DNA of 54,896 nt from a virus (lineage: Duplodnaviria; Caudoviricetes), in IMG/VR virus record IMGVR_UViG_3300045538_000396, positions 1 through 54,896 of that record; one strand, 5' to 3'. The notes under the pieces were generated by a model that saw nothing but the letters and a program-made list of their open reading frames with translations, was not told the DNA's origin and searched no databases. Position numbers and translations under genes: made by a program. Shown here one piece after another: positions 44,601 through 54,041 of the stretch (positions are counted from its first letter, which is position 1; each line of letters opens with the position of its first letter).

Positions 44601-47600
44601 AAATCTCTAGGGAGAAGTTCTCGAACTAAACCCGTAATAGTTACTTCACCATCTTGATTAGGTTCCGATACCCTCACATCTTTGTCTTTACCCAAAGTTA
44701 CTAAATAACCTGGATTTGCTGCCTTGTCATAGGCATTTCCTTCGTAACGTCTTGTTTCAACTATATACTCATCACCTTTTTTTAAATTCCACAAATCTTG
44801 TGTTGTGTTAATAACATCTTGTTCCACAGTATTGTTTTTTTCAAGTGCTTCAATTGTAAATTCTTCTGCATATCTTTCTACGGGTATTCTTTGTACAGGT
44901 TTTTGTTCTTCTATAATTTTGTTTATACTATTTGCATTAGATTTTAATTCTTTCCGCGCTTTTGCTACAGTGTCATGCTTAAAATCAACTAATTTATTGC
45001 CTTCCCTACCATAAACGCCCCATCGGTATACAAGATTTTGAGGCTTAACAAACTTGCCAGTCAGCCCTCTTTTTATATGTTCTTGTCTAGTAAGAGGCCC
45101 TTTGTAAACTTTTAATGTTTCAGACTTAGATTTATTTAATTTGTAGGCCAATTTAACAAAAGTAAAATCATGACGATTAACGGAGCCAACATCATCCTTT
45201 AACCATGTGCTGGGACTTGAATCAAGGTCGTTATAATTTGTTTTTAATACTTCTTTTGCTAAACGCAAATTGTTTACAAATTTTTCTTGTTCAACCTTTT
45301 TTTGTTTGAGGAGTTTGATTTCTTCTTTGGGTGTTCTAGGTGCGTCTCCTGTTTCATTTGTGGCTTGCTCTTCGGGGGCTTTTTCTTCGGCCCCAGTTTT
45401 ATAGGTAGTTTCTGCGTTTTCAATACTTACGATTTTAAATTCCTTTTGTTTACCAAAATCTGGGTTCACATCATAAGGACCTACCCTCGTATAAGTCTTT
45501 GGATTATAACTACCTGCCGCATCTCCCAAAATAGTTGCTTCAGTTTTACGGATATTATTAAAAATAAATTTTGTGAACTCTTGTAAATTACTAATCTGTT
45601 TTAATTTATCTACTACTTCAGTAAAATCAGTAATATTATTTGGTTGTTCAAAATCTTTTTTAAGGTCATCATATAATTTTTTTATTTCATTTACAGTATT
45701 TTCTACTTCGTAAGATTTAGCAGGGTCGCTCTTACCAAGAAGTTTGTAGACTTCAGAAATCTTATTATAAATATTCTTATTAAGTTCATCCTTTTTCATT
45801 ATTTCTTTATCTAAAACATCAATGTTTTCTAAAAGTCTTTTATAATCTAATGGTAATTGTTCGGACAGTGGAACTGTACCATCTCCCTTTGAAGATTCCA
45901 TCCATTGTTTAAGTAAAGATAAATCAGAATATGCTTGTTGAAATTGAATTAAAATCTGTTGTCCATGTACTGTTGGCGAAAAGTCTTCTCCAAATATAGC
46001 GCGCAAAGCAGTTTCGTTGTTTGTTAAAAAAGAATAGTGTAGGCTTTTGTGCGCTTCTAGTGAGCGTATAGCGCGATTTATTTTATTTACTTCAATATTA
46101 ATAACTGCATTAATTTTCTCATCAGATTTATTTGCAGGATTTTTGATAATTTTTTCTAATTGAATATTTCTAATGGCTTTTAACTCATCAAGTTCATTAT
46201 TAAATTTGTCTTGTTTAGTTTTGTCAGGTAAGTTTTCAATAAATTCGGTTGGAATAACTCTTCCGTCGTCTGTTTTTACTACGCTTCCACCATCCTCATT
46301 AAGAAATTTAGTACTGGGGATAATGTTTGTAGTTTCAGTCGTACCATCTGGTAATCGAATTACAACTTTAGTAGGTGTATTATTATTCTTGTCGTCAAAA
46401 CTATCAACATAAACCCTTTCTAAAGAATTAATATCAGTAATAAGTGGTAATTGTTCGGTTTCATCTTTAATTGGTGCTTCTTCATCTTTAGGTTTTAGTG
46501 TTGGGGCTTCTTCAGTGGCAACTTCAGGTAGAGGTTCTGCTGCACCAGTTGGTGGTGGAGATGGCTTTTTGCCAGGTCCATTGGGGTCATACTGCTCGGG
46601 GCCTATAACTGGGGGAAGTACCGGGCCCTGTACCGGTGGTTCCTCGCTACCCTTAACAAGTTGTTTCTCTATATTTTTTCTTGCCCGGTCCATCTCGGCG
46701 ATAGGACCAAATTTTCGATATGGAAGAGTCATGGTATGAAATAGTGCACCAATAGAAAAACTTTCTAACGCACCCTCATTGGTCTTTCTTAATAAATAAT
46801 CAAAGTAAGTTTCACCCTGTCTAGGTTCATCAAGTTTTAACTTGTTATCAAGCATCGCTTGAACGGGCATCATTAAAACATTCACGCCACCCATTGTTGC
46901 GGCTTCACCCATAAATCTAAGAAAAGATGGGTTTAATTGACCAAAAGCGGGAAGGTATACAAAAGCAGCAGTAGGTAACGAAGAAACAAAAGATTTATAA
47001 TATGCTTCATCTGTATTCATACCAGAGTTAATAAGGTTTTGCCTAGATTGTCCCATAGCACCAACAGCAAAATTAAAAGCAATTGGAGTTTGAGCCCCAA
47101 GTCTTTGCATTAACATCATGCTTTTAGAAGCCTCTTTTGCAGTATTGATACTTGCAATAGTTTTTGATGGGTTAATTCCACTACTCAATAGAGAAGTTGT
47201 TCTTGCAAGAACACCATTCGCAGTATAACCTGCTGCATTTTCAGCAATTGTTGCACCAACAACATTTGTCTTAACTAATTTTGAACCCAAACTTATACTC
47301 TTACCAAGCAATCCGGCAACTCTGGCAATTGGAATAAACGAAGGAGCCATATGCGCGGCTGTATGCAAACCCCAAGTTAAAAATGAACCAACACCTGTAA
47401 CATCGTCAAATTTGTTTGTGTCACCCTTATCTCTTTGCACATAGTTAGACATATAACCAGACATTAAGGACGTTTCTGTACCCCATTTAGTTAAAATATT
47501 TTCGCTAGTATTTCTGGTAACTAAATCAAAAGCACCGCCAAAGAATTGAGCCGTACCTCCAGCCAAAGAGTCTAAACCAGACTGCAGGCTTCTTGTAATA

Positions 47601-47965
47601 GGTGTATCAATAAGATTAGTTAGACCCCTGGTCTCTAGATTTTTTTTCGTAGACTTTACTATTTCTTCTGTGTACAGTCTTCTATTTTTGTTTTCCACTT
47701 CCTCTAAATTAATTTTATTTACTTCATCCTCTGGAATAAATGACCACCAATAATTTGTATTGGGTAATAATCTGGATTCATAATTATCACCGCTTTTCCC
47801 AATGAAATTTAGTCTGTTGCGTGCAAGGTCGTCCCTCGTTGGATTAGATAAAGGTTCAAAAGTAGGATTTGGTTTTTTAATAGAGTTCTCTTCGGAACCA
47901 GAAACTTCCGTGGTTTCATTAATGCTATCTAGATTTGATTCTTCTTCTGACCCGCTATAAATCAC
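38621..47965 (-). CDS. Giant internal virion/ejection polyvalent protein with C-terminal LPD38 domain
   Basis: 3114 aa, last gene of the ejection trio. C-terminal ENSIRFASY..ITANFDRKG..IPDYIKRQY..YIKI matches LPD38. Internal SLOG-like and ASCH-like segments. Confidence 0.85.
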   Translation of the reverse strand: MIYSGSEEESNLDSINETTEVSGSEENSIKKPNPTFEPLSNPTRDDLARNRLNFIGKSGDNYESRLLPNTNYWWSFIPEDEVNKINLEEVENKNRRLYTEEIVKSTKKNLETRGLTNLIDTPITRSLQSGLDSLAGGTAQFFGGAFDLVTRNTSENILTKWGTETSLMSGYMSNYVQRDKGDTNKFDDVTGVGSFLTWGLHTAAHMAPSFIPIARVAGLLGKSISLGSKLVKTNVVGATIAENAAGYTANGVLARTTSLLSSGINPSKTIASINTAKEASKSMMLMQRLGAQTPIAFNFAVGAMGQSRQNLINSGMNTDEAYYKSFVSSLPTAAFVYLPAFGQLNPSFLRFMGEAATMGGVNVLMMPVQAMLDNKLKLDEPRQGETYFDYLLRKTNEGALESFSIGALFHTMTLPYRKFGPIAEMDRARKNIEKQLVKGSEEPPVQGPVLPPVIGPEQYDPNGPGKKPSPPPTGAAEPLPEVATEEAPTLKPKDEEAPIKDETEQLPLITDINSLERVYVDSFDDKNNNTPTKVVIRLPDGTTETTNIIPSTKFLNEDGGSVVKTDDGRVIPTEFIENLPDKTKQDKFNNELDELKAIRNIQLEKIIKNPANKSDEKINAVINIEVNKINRAIRSLEAHKSLHYSFLTNNETALRAIFGEDFSPTVHGQQILIQFQQAYSDLSLLKQWMESSKGDGTVPLSEQLPLDYKRLLENIDVLDKEIMKKDELNKNIYNKISEVYKLLGKSDPAKSYEVENTVNEIKKLYDDLKKDFEQPNNITDFTEVVDKLKQISNLQEFTKFIFNNIRKTEATILGDAAGSYNPKTYTRVGPYDVNPDFGKQKEFKIVSIENAETTYKTGAEEKAPEEQATNETGDAPRTPKEEIKLLKQKKVEQEKFVNNLRLAKEVLKTNYNDLDSSPSTWLKDDVGSVNRHDFTFVKLAYKLNKSKSETLKVYKGPLTRQEHIKRGLTGKFVKPQNLVYRWGVYGREGNKLVDFKHDTVAKARKELKSNANSINKIIEEQKPVQRIPVERYAEEFTIEALEKNNTVEQDVINTTQDLWNLKKGDEYIVETRRYEGNAYDKAANPGYLVTLGKDKDVRVSEPNQDGEVTITGLVRELLPRDLYTLEEIESNLLGRTILIREYNQDSLYYLRGLDYSGIKAVKLSKNPLIDSNLIRLEDSVNRINYFDSLIKNIEKPPDGFQRRKTRFKEALVRRNYYIVHEADVVFAVGKLQRVNNEQYLVKPSGTEYGVKFALAFGKKVYFFDEQWYESQKNGYFSPMKGEPPINAEHNVYAGIGNRDLSFRGKNAIDNTIKRIEKARKGNVEGLILRSGGSTGADSRWVEEAKVRGFETQEQTLDLLIDKGEELTYKDDGLEYIWSVEDLNNKLKDIYQKKKDKQEKILNDTLTKNVSNRFMTLDSASNVWSRLGKAESFAKIFKENEQKSIKLKQLDTIEFKKESQFAAEVDASRIVNEIRPLLETDISFLKNTINKAKFRLTKEGRAKLIEEKVIKDAAPSDYEISFTNARIESINRIVSMFEALLKKMPTTKDKVSVKQFREFMKEANLFRNKFDNPDEANKPIIKLLTESSFNSESGMSFGDELLGKIKNENRNFESLLDPNEGNSDSALDANYKILAATKSKIEEIQNQLAVYEVLVRDTMKFTDTMTSRDDLNKLYDSFSDKKEKIIELNIEPNKNRLVGNLTLNIINNTFPNAKSFGFDALSSTVVDVNGVNTYLKTALIQPSNGRKLNKAGDVFKVGTRKYVVTGIEKLPDLNLDVVTDKEISSRLKFERTGFDLEKISKSPKDNMIKQLYFDENGKFKDKYELVTYKLVEGTSNKPAIGLDGKTTLADAGLGDNAYAADDILNISSILSEQKRILQGVRDGLLRTDSNSTIMNMKVPDNESARVSASAITRANQFNLQQSSTLRGKPETTGNVSKPNAQSGSLPPSSMLTDPTAVTANQAKKNQQLGAEEVSDDLWLNSREATAEEVAEFQELQAMKNEREYYANDRQHLEDPQQDPRDLEWEEPAPRTQESYDEEAAAEQRLQDGPQPPDDWYDLDDPWEGSEEVSTKEVPPIITNQTAQVFNNGEPVNVSMSSAEEPIARLTSKDNNYATPTAGSRQESSSRQESRNTPPVPPEPPKPPDEIDDSGGSDFFATSKKRRKMLDEASDNKEKFTLWEKFKNHWISDDSPLQKLVSKLETKLGESLPDNFNAFLQLSLANQKKNANINLSQAIFDGQIMKPLQVAFSQYVKTRPNISKKTAAGDFMVDFDLFVELRSAEDLNVAYQEWVEKEPKMIGQLTPPRSKVEADKLLADMARREPRLNQVFTLAHENLTNLLNSSLKELVTAGILPMETYTSLTTKYKTYAPLYAYEDSLNSPNFTKYNVYNERGAMGFAGLDIALKYRIGNSEKPRGEVLQHSLQMLKKRARAVAFAPAQNSLYNFVKLGLKNNIFEKNFVAIVDPETMSTVNALVEGGMNYSDAKQLSEGFSSKIIKKTYVDKNGQLTVKEISVPPPADNIVPLQIFDSQGVSKKIYLAFDTTNEIAMHMAKLYNGSLDSGWMPTGVVGKAYFKILKNWNALNTGYNPFFAFKNFTADYFDMLTNITNTPIAGKRWAITQQIPSAIKTVGKHNLLMKKLREDGNRAAFDDAIKKDQLLSEYNEYYLKGGSHNFVEDNNLVISEITDNLSAKLRKGAGYQGGRQILEGIGNLVSIEMNSLENSIRFASYKEGRKSGMSLDQATLLGKDITANFDRKGLITRKINGFYSYTTANIAGQSRVFKSLTGKKGLGLIGSALLAGMVQQSMYDEMDGLDSSAIPDYIKRQYMVLPASDGSYIKIRIRGLGMLFQLGRNLSKLSNGDMDALTATKDILNSFSFTGSGGGAEGVIQNLSPTLLKPFVATTTNESWTGSKIKSEDPQGLIPQWMLARAGTNPVADNIARGLYEVTNGKLDFSPQDFEYLFKVYATGAVTQSVQLVKSLSEIGDETVYKPTSNPLISPLPFGTADKTGGNAQLIYELDEKRRRSDAIIKKFEDAGDKVSAQRLIASARMPYNNKELINLSRKRSNVTEERNRFVRRSRINGTMNTPEFKETLDKFNRQQDEIIELQGKAFKKYGLIK
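41580..41615. repeat. 18-bp tandem duplication in the giant gene
   Basis: CTACTTTCTTGTCGACTA twice, encoding SRQES twice. Confidence 0.85.
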
Positions 47966-50900
47966 TATTTCCTCACTATTGGGATTGGTTTAATTTGGTA
48001 ATCAGTTACATTTCCCTTTTTATCGTACACAACAGTAATTTTAGAGTCAAAACTTGGACTTTTTCCTAAAACAGTAAAAAACTCACCCAAAGCCCTAGAA
48101 GTTAACTCAGTTGTTTTATTTACTTTAATCGGAGAATCTTTATAAAGGTCCCTATTTCCCTGTTTAAAAGCGTTACTGTTAACATGCTCAAGTGCTCTTG
48201 CAAAATTAACTTTAAAGGCTTGCGATGTACCAAGTTGTTTTATTTCTTCTTCGATTTTAGTTAACCTCGGACTTCTTGATTTGTTCCTCCAGTCAAATGT
48301 ATCTTTAGCAATAAATTCTGTTGGATAACCATTTTCATCTTGTTTTATTATTTGATAACTAAGTCCACCCCAACTAAACTGTCTCATTGCAAGGTCAAAC
48401 TTGCCAGAAGTTCGATTATTCCATTCTGAACCCTCTACACCACCCTTACCCAATGGTCTACCTTTTAATCCATCAGCAAGTGCCTGAACATCTGTTTTAT
48501 CCAAAATATTTGAAAAATTAAAGTCTTTCAGTGCACCCGGAACTGCATTTGACATAATACCAGCAAGAAAAAATTTAACTGGGGCTGGTAGTGGTCGTAA
48601 TGCTGAAGAGAATTCCAACGCACTGGATGACTCACTAGGTTTGCCAATAGCAGCCTTTGGAAGTTTTGTTTCATTTTTAAACTTTGAGTCAAGACCCTTA
48701 AAGAATGTGGCAAGAGTCGCAGCAAATGGAACAATTGGATTACTTGTGGCTGTTACATTCTTTTTGCCTACTTTTGTTTTTGAACCAGTAGGAGTTAAAC
48801 TTTTTTCTACATTGTTATATATACTTTTGATTTCCCTCATAGAATCTTCAAACATACTTTCAACAGCGTTTTGCTTAGAACCACTAACATTCATCATAGC
48901 CATTGGAGGTACCTTATTTGATATTCCTAATCCCTTATTACTCGACGCATTCTTACTTGATAAACCAATACTGTTTGTAAAATAATTGAGAGCCCTTTTG
49001 CCGCCTTCAAATTCGGTCATAGCAAGAGCAATAGACTCAGTATCTTTTCCAGCAATTTTTTGATAATCACCAATTCCGGTTTTACCAGAAACAAAATCAA
49101 TATATTTTTGAGTATCATTTTCACTTTTGGGTGCGTATTTATTTAAAAAAGAACTAAGACTGTGCCCCCTACTGGCATCAAGTTCAATTTGTCTCGTTAA
49201 AGCACTAAATCCTTCTTGCGGTGTTTTAAATTTAGCAAATCTTCCACCATTAGTTGCACCTGGTTGACCTTTAAATTCCAAGGCTCCGGGATTGTTGTAC
49301 CTCTCAGATAGCGGTACCTTTTCATTACTGCTTGATTGGTTACTGTTTGTTGAACTTGATGGTGTTTTGATTTTAAAATCAATCATATTAGGCGGAAGGG
49401 GGGCCGATTTGGGTATAAAGAAAATCTCACCGTTTGTAGTACTTTGAACTGGCCTTCTTGGTCCGCCGTATACATCTTCTTTTGCTTCTGCATCAATTGA
49501 CATTTGAAGAGTTTTATGATTTTCTCTTTTTAATGATAAATAAGAACCTGGTGGTAAGTTATAAAGTTTAATTTCCTTTTTGTTTGCCTCAGCAACACCG
49601 CCCATTTTACCATTTTCGTCTGGTACAATTCCTGCCTCTTTGGCTCTTGCATCGTTATAATCACCGGGGGCTCTAAAATATAACGGGTTTGCACCAATGG
49701 GTTTTCGGTCCGGGTCATCTTTCCACATATTATTTTTTAACGAACTCAATCCATCACTTATTTTATTACCTAAACCTTTTAACTTGTTAACATCCTCAGT
49801 TGAAAGTGGTTTACCACCCAACTGCAGACTAGATAAAAAACTTTTTTCATTTGAGGAAGAAGGTGATTGTTCTACCGCTGAATTTTTTGAAACACTATCT
49901 GTTGAATTTTTACTTTCAGGTTGAGTCCTCAAGTAATCATCAAAGATTTGTTGGGCAATAGAATAACTTGTTGGCACATCCATATTTTGAAAATCTGTTG
50001 TTTTCATTATATGAAGTGAAAGGTCTTTAAACCATTGTTGTTGCGCTTTTCTTACGTCCTCTTTTGTGCCGTTAGAAATACTGGTAGGAAAAGGTTTATC
50101 AAAACTTTTTTTAATAGCATCCATAGAAGTCGTATCTTGCTTTATTTGATTTACACGTTCTAACCAACCTTTATGTTGTTGAGCCATAATGCTAGGGTCT
50201 AAATAAAATTGTGTTTTGATAACTCCATCTGCATCAGTAACACTTACGGCCTTTATGGCATTCTTAACCAGGGCTTCTGTACTCGGATTGTTAAAAATTA
50301 CATTTCCTTCTCCATCATCTAATCTCAATCCATTTAATATTGCTCTGGATAAACTTTTTTCTTTAAATAGGTCTGCAACGTCAATATTCGTTTTTTGTAA
50401 CATTTCCATTAATTTAGGATTTGCTGATTGTCGTGTCAGTGCATCCATAAGATAGGCAACTCTATCGTCATTGTTTTCAGGCTTGCCTCTCATTAGTACG
50501 CTAGAGTTAAATGTGTCCATCAACCCATTCACAGCAGAAGTTGTGTCTAATTTCTCGCCAGCCGCATTATAAGCAAAAAAAGCAGAATCCCCACTTGTAC
50601 CCTGTCCCCTTCTGGAACCCGAACCCGAACCACTTATCGCTGCTCTTAAATCACCAGTAAATTTAGTATACAGGTCTAGTGTTGTAAGTGAAGTCTCAGG
50701 TAATGGTTTTCCACTTGAATCTACGCCACCAGAAAAAATAAATGATGTAACTTGGTCACCGTTACCATCTATTGAAGTACCAATTTTTGCTGGCCTTCTA
50801 TACTCTTCTGGAACCTGTTGTCGCTTTGAAGCGTAATAGTCAAATATAACTTTGCTAAATCTTTCGGAGTCCTGTAGTTGAATTGCTTCAATGGCTCTAC

Positions 50901-51339
50901 TCTGTATATTGCTGTTCATTTGATTTTGGTAATCTTGTACTTGTTGAGTATATTGTTGAACTTTCTGGGGATTATTCTGATTGGTAGCAACCCGTAAAGC
51001 ATCTTCTGCATTTAACAACTTAGTTAAAGTTGGGTCTATTTCTATCGGCTTGGGTGGTGAAGCCCCCACTCCGGTTATTGAAATTTGAGTCGAGGCTGTA
51101 TCTGGAGTTGAAATTGCGGGCTGCTTAGGATTTACAATAGGGGGGGGATTCACCGCATTAAAGTAATCTTTCATAGACTGAGTTAAATTTTTATTAGTAC
51201 TGTCTTTTTCTTTTTTGAGGTCGTCATCCCAACGCAACATATTAACTGTTTCTTTTACTTTTGCAAGATTTTCAGGCTCTAGGGATTTGCCAATTCCTGC
51301 CCCAAAACCCGCTAGTGCTACTCCAGACCAACCACTCAT
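47965..51339 (-). CDS. Internal virion/ejection protein with lysozyme-like domain
   Basis: RYNNPGAL..GRFAKFKTPQEGFSAL..KYAPKSENDTQKYIDFV..AMTEFEG (about 49000-49310), a virion-associated peptidoglycan hydrolase motif. Confidence 0.8.
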   Translation of the reverse strand: MSGWSGVALAGFGAGIGKSLEPENLAKVKETVNMLRWDDDLKKEKDSTNKNLTQSMKDYFNAVNPPPIVNPKQPAISTPDTASTQISITGVGASPPKPIEIDPTLTKLLNAEDALRVATNQNNPQKVQQYTQQVQDYQNQMNSNIQSRAIEAIQLQDSERFSKVIFDYYASKRQQVPEEYRRPAKIGTSIDGNGDQVTSFIFSGGVDSSGKPLPETSLTTLDLYTKFTGDLRAAISGSGSGSRRGQGTSGDSAFFAYNAAGEKLDTTSAVNGLMDTFNSSVLMRGKPENNDDRVAYLMDALTRQSANPKLMEMLQKTNIDVADLFKEKSLSRAILNGLRLDDGEGNVIFNNPSTEALVKNAIKAVSVTDADGVIKTQFYLDPSIMAQQHKGWLERVNQIKQDTTSMDAIKKSFDKPFPTSISNGTKEDVRKAQQQWFKDLSLHIMKTTDFQNMDVPTSYSIAQQIFDDYLRTQPESKNSTDSVSKNSAVEQSPSSSNEKSFLSSLQLGGKPLSTEDVNKLKGLGNKISDGLSSLKNNMWKDDPDRKPIGANPLYFRAPGDYNDARAKEAGIVPDENGKMGGVAEANKKEIKLYNLPPGSYLSLKRENHKTLQMSIDAEAKEDVYGGPRRPVQSTTNGEIFFIPKSAPLPPNMIDFKIKTPSSSTNSNQSSSNEKVPLSERYNNPGALEFKGQPGATNGGRFAKFKTPQEGFSALTRQIELDASRGHSLSSFLNKYAPKSENDTQKYIDFVSGKTGIGDYQKIAGKDTESIALAMTEFEGGKRALNYFTNSIGLSSKNASSNKGLGISNKVPPMAMMNVSGSKQNAVESMFEDSMREIKSIYNNVEKSLTPTGSKTKVGKKNVTATSNPIVPFAATLATFFKGLDSKFKNETKLPKAAIGKPSESSSALEFSSALRPLPAPVKFFLAGIMSNAVPGALKDFNFSNILDKTDVQALADGLKGRPLGKGGVEGSEWNNRTSGKFDLAMRQFSWGGLSYQIIKQDENGYPTEFIAKDTFDWRNKSRSPRLTKIEEEIKQLGTSQAFKVNFARALEHVNSNAFKQGNRDLYKDSPIKVNKTTELTSRALGEFFTVLGKSPSFDSKITVVYDKKGNVTDYQIKPIPIVRK

Positions 51340-51349
51340 TGTAATTCTC

Positions 51350-52228
51350 CTAAGCCACTAGTGCTGAGTATTCATTGTAGGTTTGCATTTCAAAACCCAA
51401 CTTAGAATAGTCAACAACATAATAGCCGTTATCAACAGAAACTGCAGATTCATAAGGCGTATTCAAGAGGTCTTGCGCCATGACCCCAACGTAAATTACA
51501 TCGCTCCATCTGTATTGAAACTTATAAATTTTTAAATCGTTTTTATATTCTAAAAATTCTACATTACGTTTTAACCTGATGTCGGAAGGGGGAGTGGTAG
51601 TGGTAGTGGTAGTGTTTGTTTGTCCTTGACTATACATTCCATAACCTAGTGCTGCGTCACCAATTGTTTTTCCTGCCTGAGCATAAGCATTAGCAGCAGC
51701 CTGACCAAACGTACTCGCTTGTTGACCATACACTTGAGATTGATTTCCCATGCCTTGAGCATATACTTGTCCGGCATTTACTATCGATTGTGAACCGGGA
51801 GAAACTAATGAAGTTTGTAAATTTAATCTATTTAACAAACCTTGATTAAAAGCGGCAACTTTACCGGTTGCATTGGATAAACCTAGTTTAGTTAAGCGGT
51901 CATACTTTAGACCACCGTATTGACCCTGACCACCCATTTGAGTAACTTGTCTTACTTGGTCCGAATATTGATTAGAAATTTGACCACTTATTTGAGACCA
52001 ATTGAGAGGTCCGTCTGAGTTTGCTAAAGCCATAAGTCTTTGCTGTAGAGGACCATAAAGTGCCTTTTGGTCGTTATACATGCTCTCACGGAATGCCAAA
52101 TCTTTTTGTGCCATTGCCTCTTGTCTGCGTGCAGCATCCTCAGCAGCGGAAGCCGCTTTATTCCCACCAATAATTGAAGACGCTGCTCCAATTAACGCTG
52201 CACCTACTAACCAAGGACCTAAAGCCAC
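51350..52228 (-). CDS. DNA ejection/pilot protein with C-terminal peptidase S74 chaperone domain
   Basis: Hydrophobic Gly/Ala N-terminus and Gln/Ala-rich helix. SDIRLKRNV..YKFQY..GVMAQD..VDYSKL at the C-terminus. GTG start with GAGGAG RBS. Confidence 0.8.
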   Translation of the reverse strand: MALGPWLVGAALIGAASSIIGGNKAASAAEDAARRQEAMAQKDLAFRESMYNDQKALYGPLQQRLMALANSDGPLNWSQISGQISNQYSDQVRQVTQMGGQGQYGGLKYDRLTKLGLSNATGKVAAFNQGLLNRLNLQTSLVSPGSQSIVNAGQVYAQGMGNQSQVYGQQASTFGQAAANAYAQAGKTIGDAALGYGMYSQGQTNTTTTTTTPPSDIRLKRNVEFLEYKNDLKIYKFQYRWSDVIYVGVMAQDLLNTPYESAVSVDNGYYVVDYSKLGFEMQTYNEYSALVA

Positions 52229-52319
52229 ACTATTCTCCTCATAAGAATATATATACCTTTATATTATCATTGTGTTTTCAACTACTTACAAGTTTGCCCA
52301 ATAGTTAAAATAGTATTAA

Positions 52320-53159
52320 TTAAATATCATGTTCCCCTGATACCGTCCACTCAGACTTACCGCTAAAGAAGACACTTCTAACGGCAATCTTAAAGGGGTA
52401 ACTTAAATCAATAGCCTTGGGAGTCCAAGCCGACTTATAAACATAATGAGTGCTGTTCTCTGTGATGTGGGTACCAATTTTGACTTCTCTTAGGGGTGTC
52501 AGGTAGGAGGCTTGGTCTGATGGGTCGTAAATGTTGTTTAAAGCCTTATAGACCACTACCTCGAATCCAAGTGGCTGGTTAGAGGCTTTAGGATACGTAA
52601 AGCGTATATCGCCATATTTGGCGTCATATTTGACAACAATTAAACTTGATTCAACATAATCACCGGGACCCTCTCCGGGAAGGTATATAGTAATGGGTGT
52701 CTCTATGTAGTTTGTATTAATAAGTCCAGTAATACCAACAGTTAAAGACTTTTCCGTGTATGTACCTCTACTAGCAGTACTTGTTAAACTTATGGTAATG
52801 CTTGCCTCGTTTTCAAATAGCAAAAGTGGAGTTTCTCTCGTAATAGCAACGGTTAAACTTTTCTCTTCAACAATCGAAGCAATTGTTGTGTAATCATTAA
52901 TCCCAACGGTTAGACTTCGTTCTTCAGAGGTCGAAGCAACTGTCATGTAATCATTAACACCAATTGTTAAACTGCTCTCTTCAATAATTGGAGCAACAAA
53001 CATGTAGTTATTGATACCTACCGTAATAGAGGCTTCATCTTGACTTTGCATAGAAGCCGGAGTGGTTGTATAAACCGTCAGCGTACTTAAAGCAGAATCG
53101 GATGTAATACTACTCGGCTGATTTACATATACTTCTATAGAGGATTCAACATAAGACAT
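52320..53159 (-). CDS. Virion protein with about 19-aa ExSLTVGI repeats
   Basis: Tandem repeats DEASITVGINNY / EESSLTIGVNDY / EERSLTVGINDY / EEKSLTVAIT. C-terminus looks FN3-like (KIAVRSV..SEW). Confidence 0.7.
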   Translation of the reverse strand: MSYVESSIEVYVNQPSSITSDSALSTLTVYTTTPASMQSQDEASITVGINNYMFVAPIIEESSLTIGVNDYMTVASTSEERSLTVGINDYTTIASIVEEKSLTVAITRETPLLLFENEASITISLTSTASRGTYTEKSLTVGITGLINTNYIETPITIYLPGEGPGDYVESSLIVVKYDAKYGDIRFTYPKASNQPLGFEVVVYKALNNIYDPSDQASYLTPLREVKIGTHITENSTHYVYKSAWTPKAIDLSYPFKIAVRSVFFSGKSEWTVSGEHDI

Positions 53160-53166
53160 TTCATAC

Positions 53167-54039
53167 CTATTGAGTGGCTGTTACCCTTAGCGTGAAAGTC
53201 GTTGTTTCTGTGATTTGAGTTGTAACAGCAACACCGCTAGTACAAGCAATGCTTGTTGCACCACCCGTGAACGTACCTTTGCTTCTAGTTATTGAACCAG
53301 AGCCATTACTAAATGTTGGTGTTATCTGAAAACTGGCACCTGAGTCAACAGTCTGACTAGAAGATGTAAATCCAGAAATAGTTGGATTTAAAGCAGAGGC
53401 TGTAACTGTTGCGGTTCTTTGGTCACCATAACCTGCTTCATTTTTAACTTCTAGGGTATAAACGGTTTCAACGATAGGTTTTGCAACCGTATAAGTTGTA
53501 CCACTTACAACATTATTTATTGTAGTTGTTCCATAAACAATTTTAGCAATGGTACCTGAACTTGGAGTGTACGTTGGAACAAGTAGTACATTATTGCCAG
53601 ATACAGTAGCCGTAAAAGCAGATATCTGCGGCAATGTTAAAACACTTATTTCTTTTGTCATTTGGTCAGAATTTGGAGACGCAATAGCACTATTAACTGC
53701 AGTTATTGTATAGGTTAAAGTACCCGTTGCTGTAGGAGTAATGGCAGCACTTTGAACGCCATTAGCAACACTTAATCCTGGAGCAGAAATACCGCTTCCG
53801 GTAATAAGACACGATGTATAATCATTAAAAATATCTACAGTAAACTTTACAAATCCACCAATAGTAAGTTGATTTTTATCTGCAGTAACACTCAAAATAA
53901 CAGGTGCTGGGGTTACTCCCGTTGGACCTCCACCTCCACCTCCACCTCCACCTCCATCTTCAACTGGAGAAATAATTATTTTGGCTTTAGCCTCGGCAGG
54001 GTCAAGGAAATACTTACTAAATAACTCTTTACGTGCCAT
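53167..54039 (-). CDS. Ig-like domain repeat protein (virion decoration/adhesion)
   Basis: Poly-Gly linker, then three Thr-rich beta domains ending TYTITAVN, VYTLEVKN and TFTLRVT. Confidence 0.75.
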   Translation of the reverse strand: MARKELFSKYFLDPAEAKAKIIISPVEDGGGGGGGGGGPTGVTPAPVILSVTADKNQLTIGGFVKFTVDIFNDYTSCLITGSGISAPGLSVANGVQSAAITPTATGTLTYTITAVNSAIASPNSDQMTKEISVLTLPQISAFTATVSGNNVLLVPTYTPSSGTIAKIVYGTTTINNVVSGTTYTVAKPIVETVYTLEVKNEAGYGDQRTATVTASALNPTISGFTSSSQTVDSGASFQITPTFSNGSGSITRSKGTFTGGATSIACTSGVAVTTQITETTTFTLRVTATQ

Positions 54040-54041
54040 AT

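Noticed and set aside
38621-47965. Virion RNA polymerase (N4 or crAss type)
   Set aside because: No DxDGD or T7-like polymerase motifs were recognised, and the C-terminus fits LPD38.
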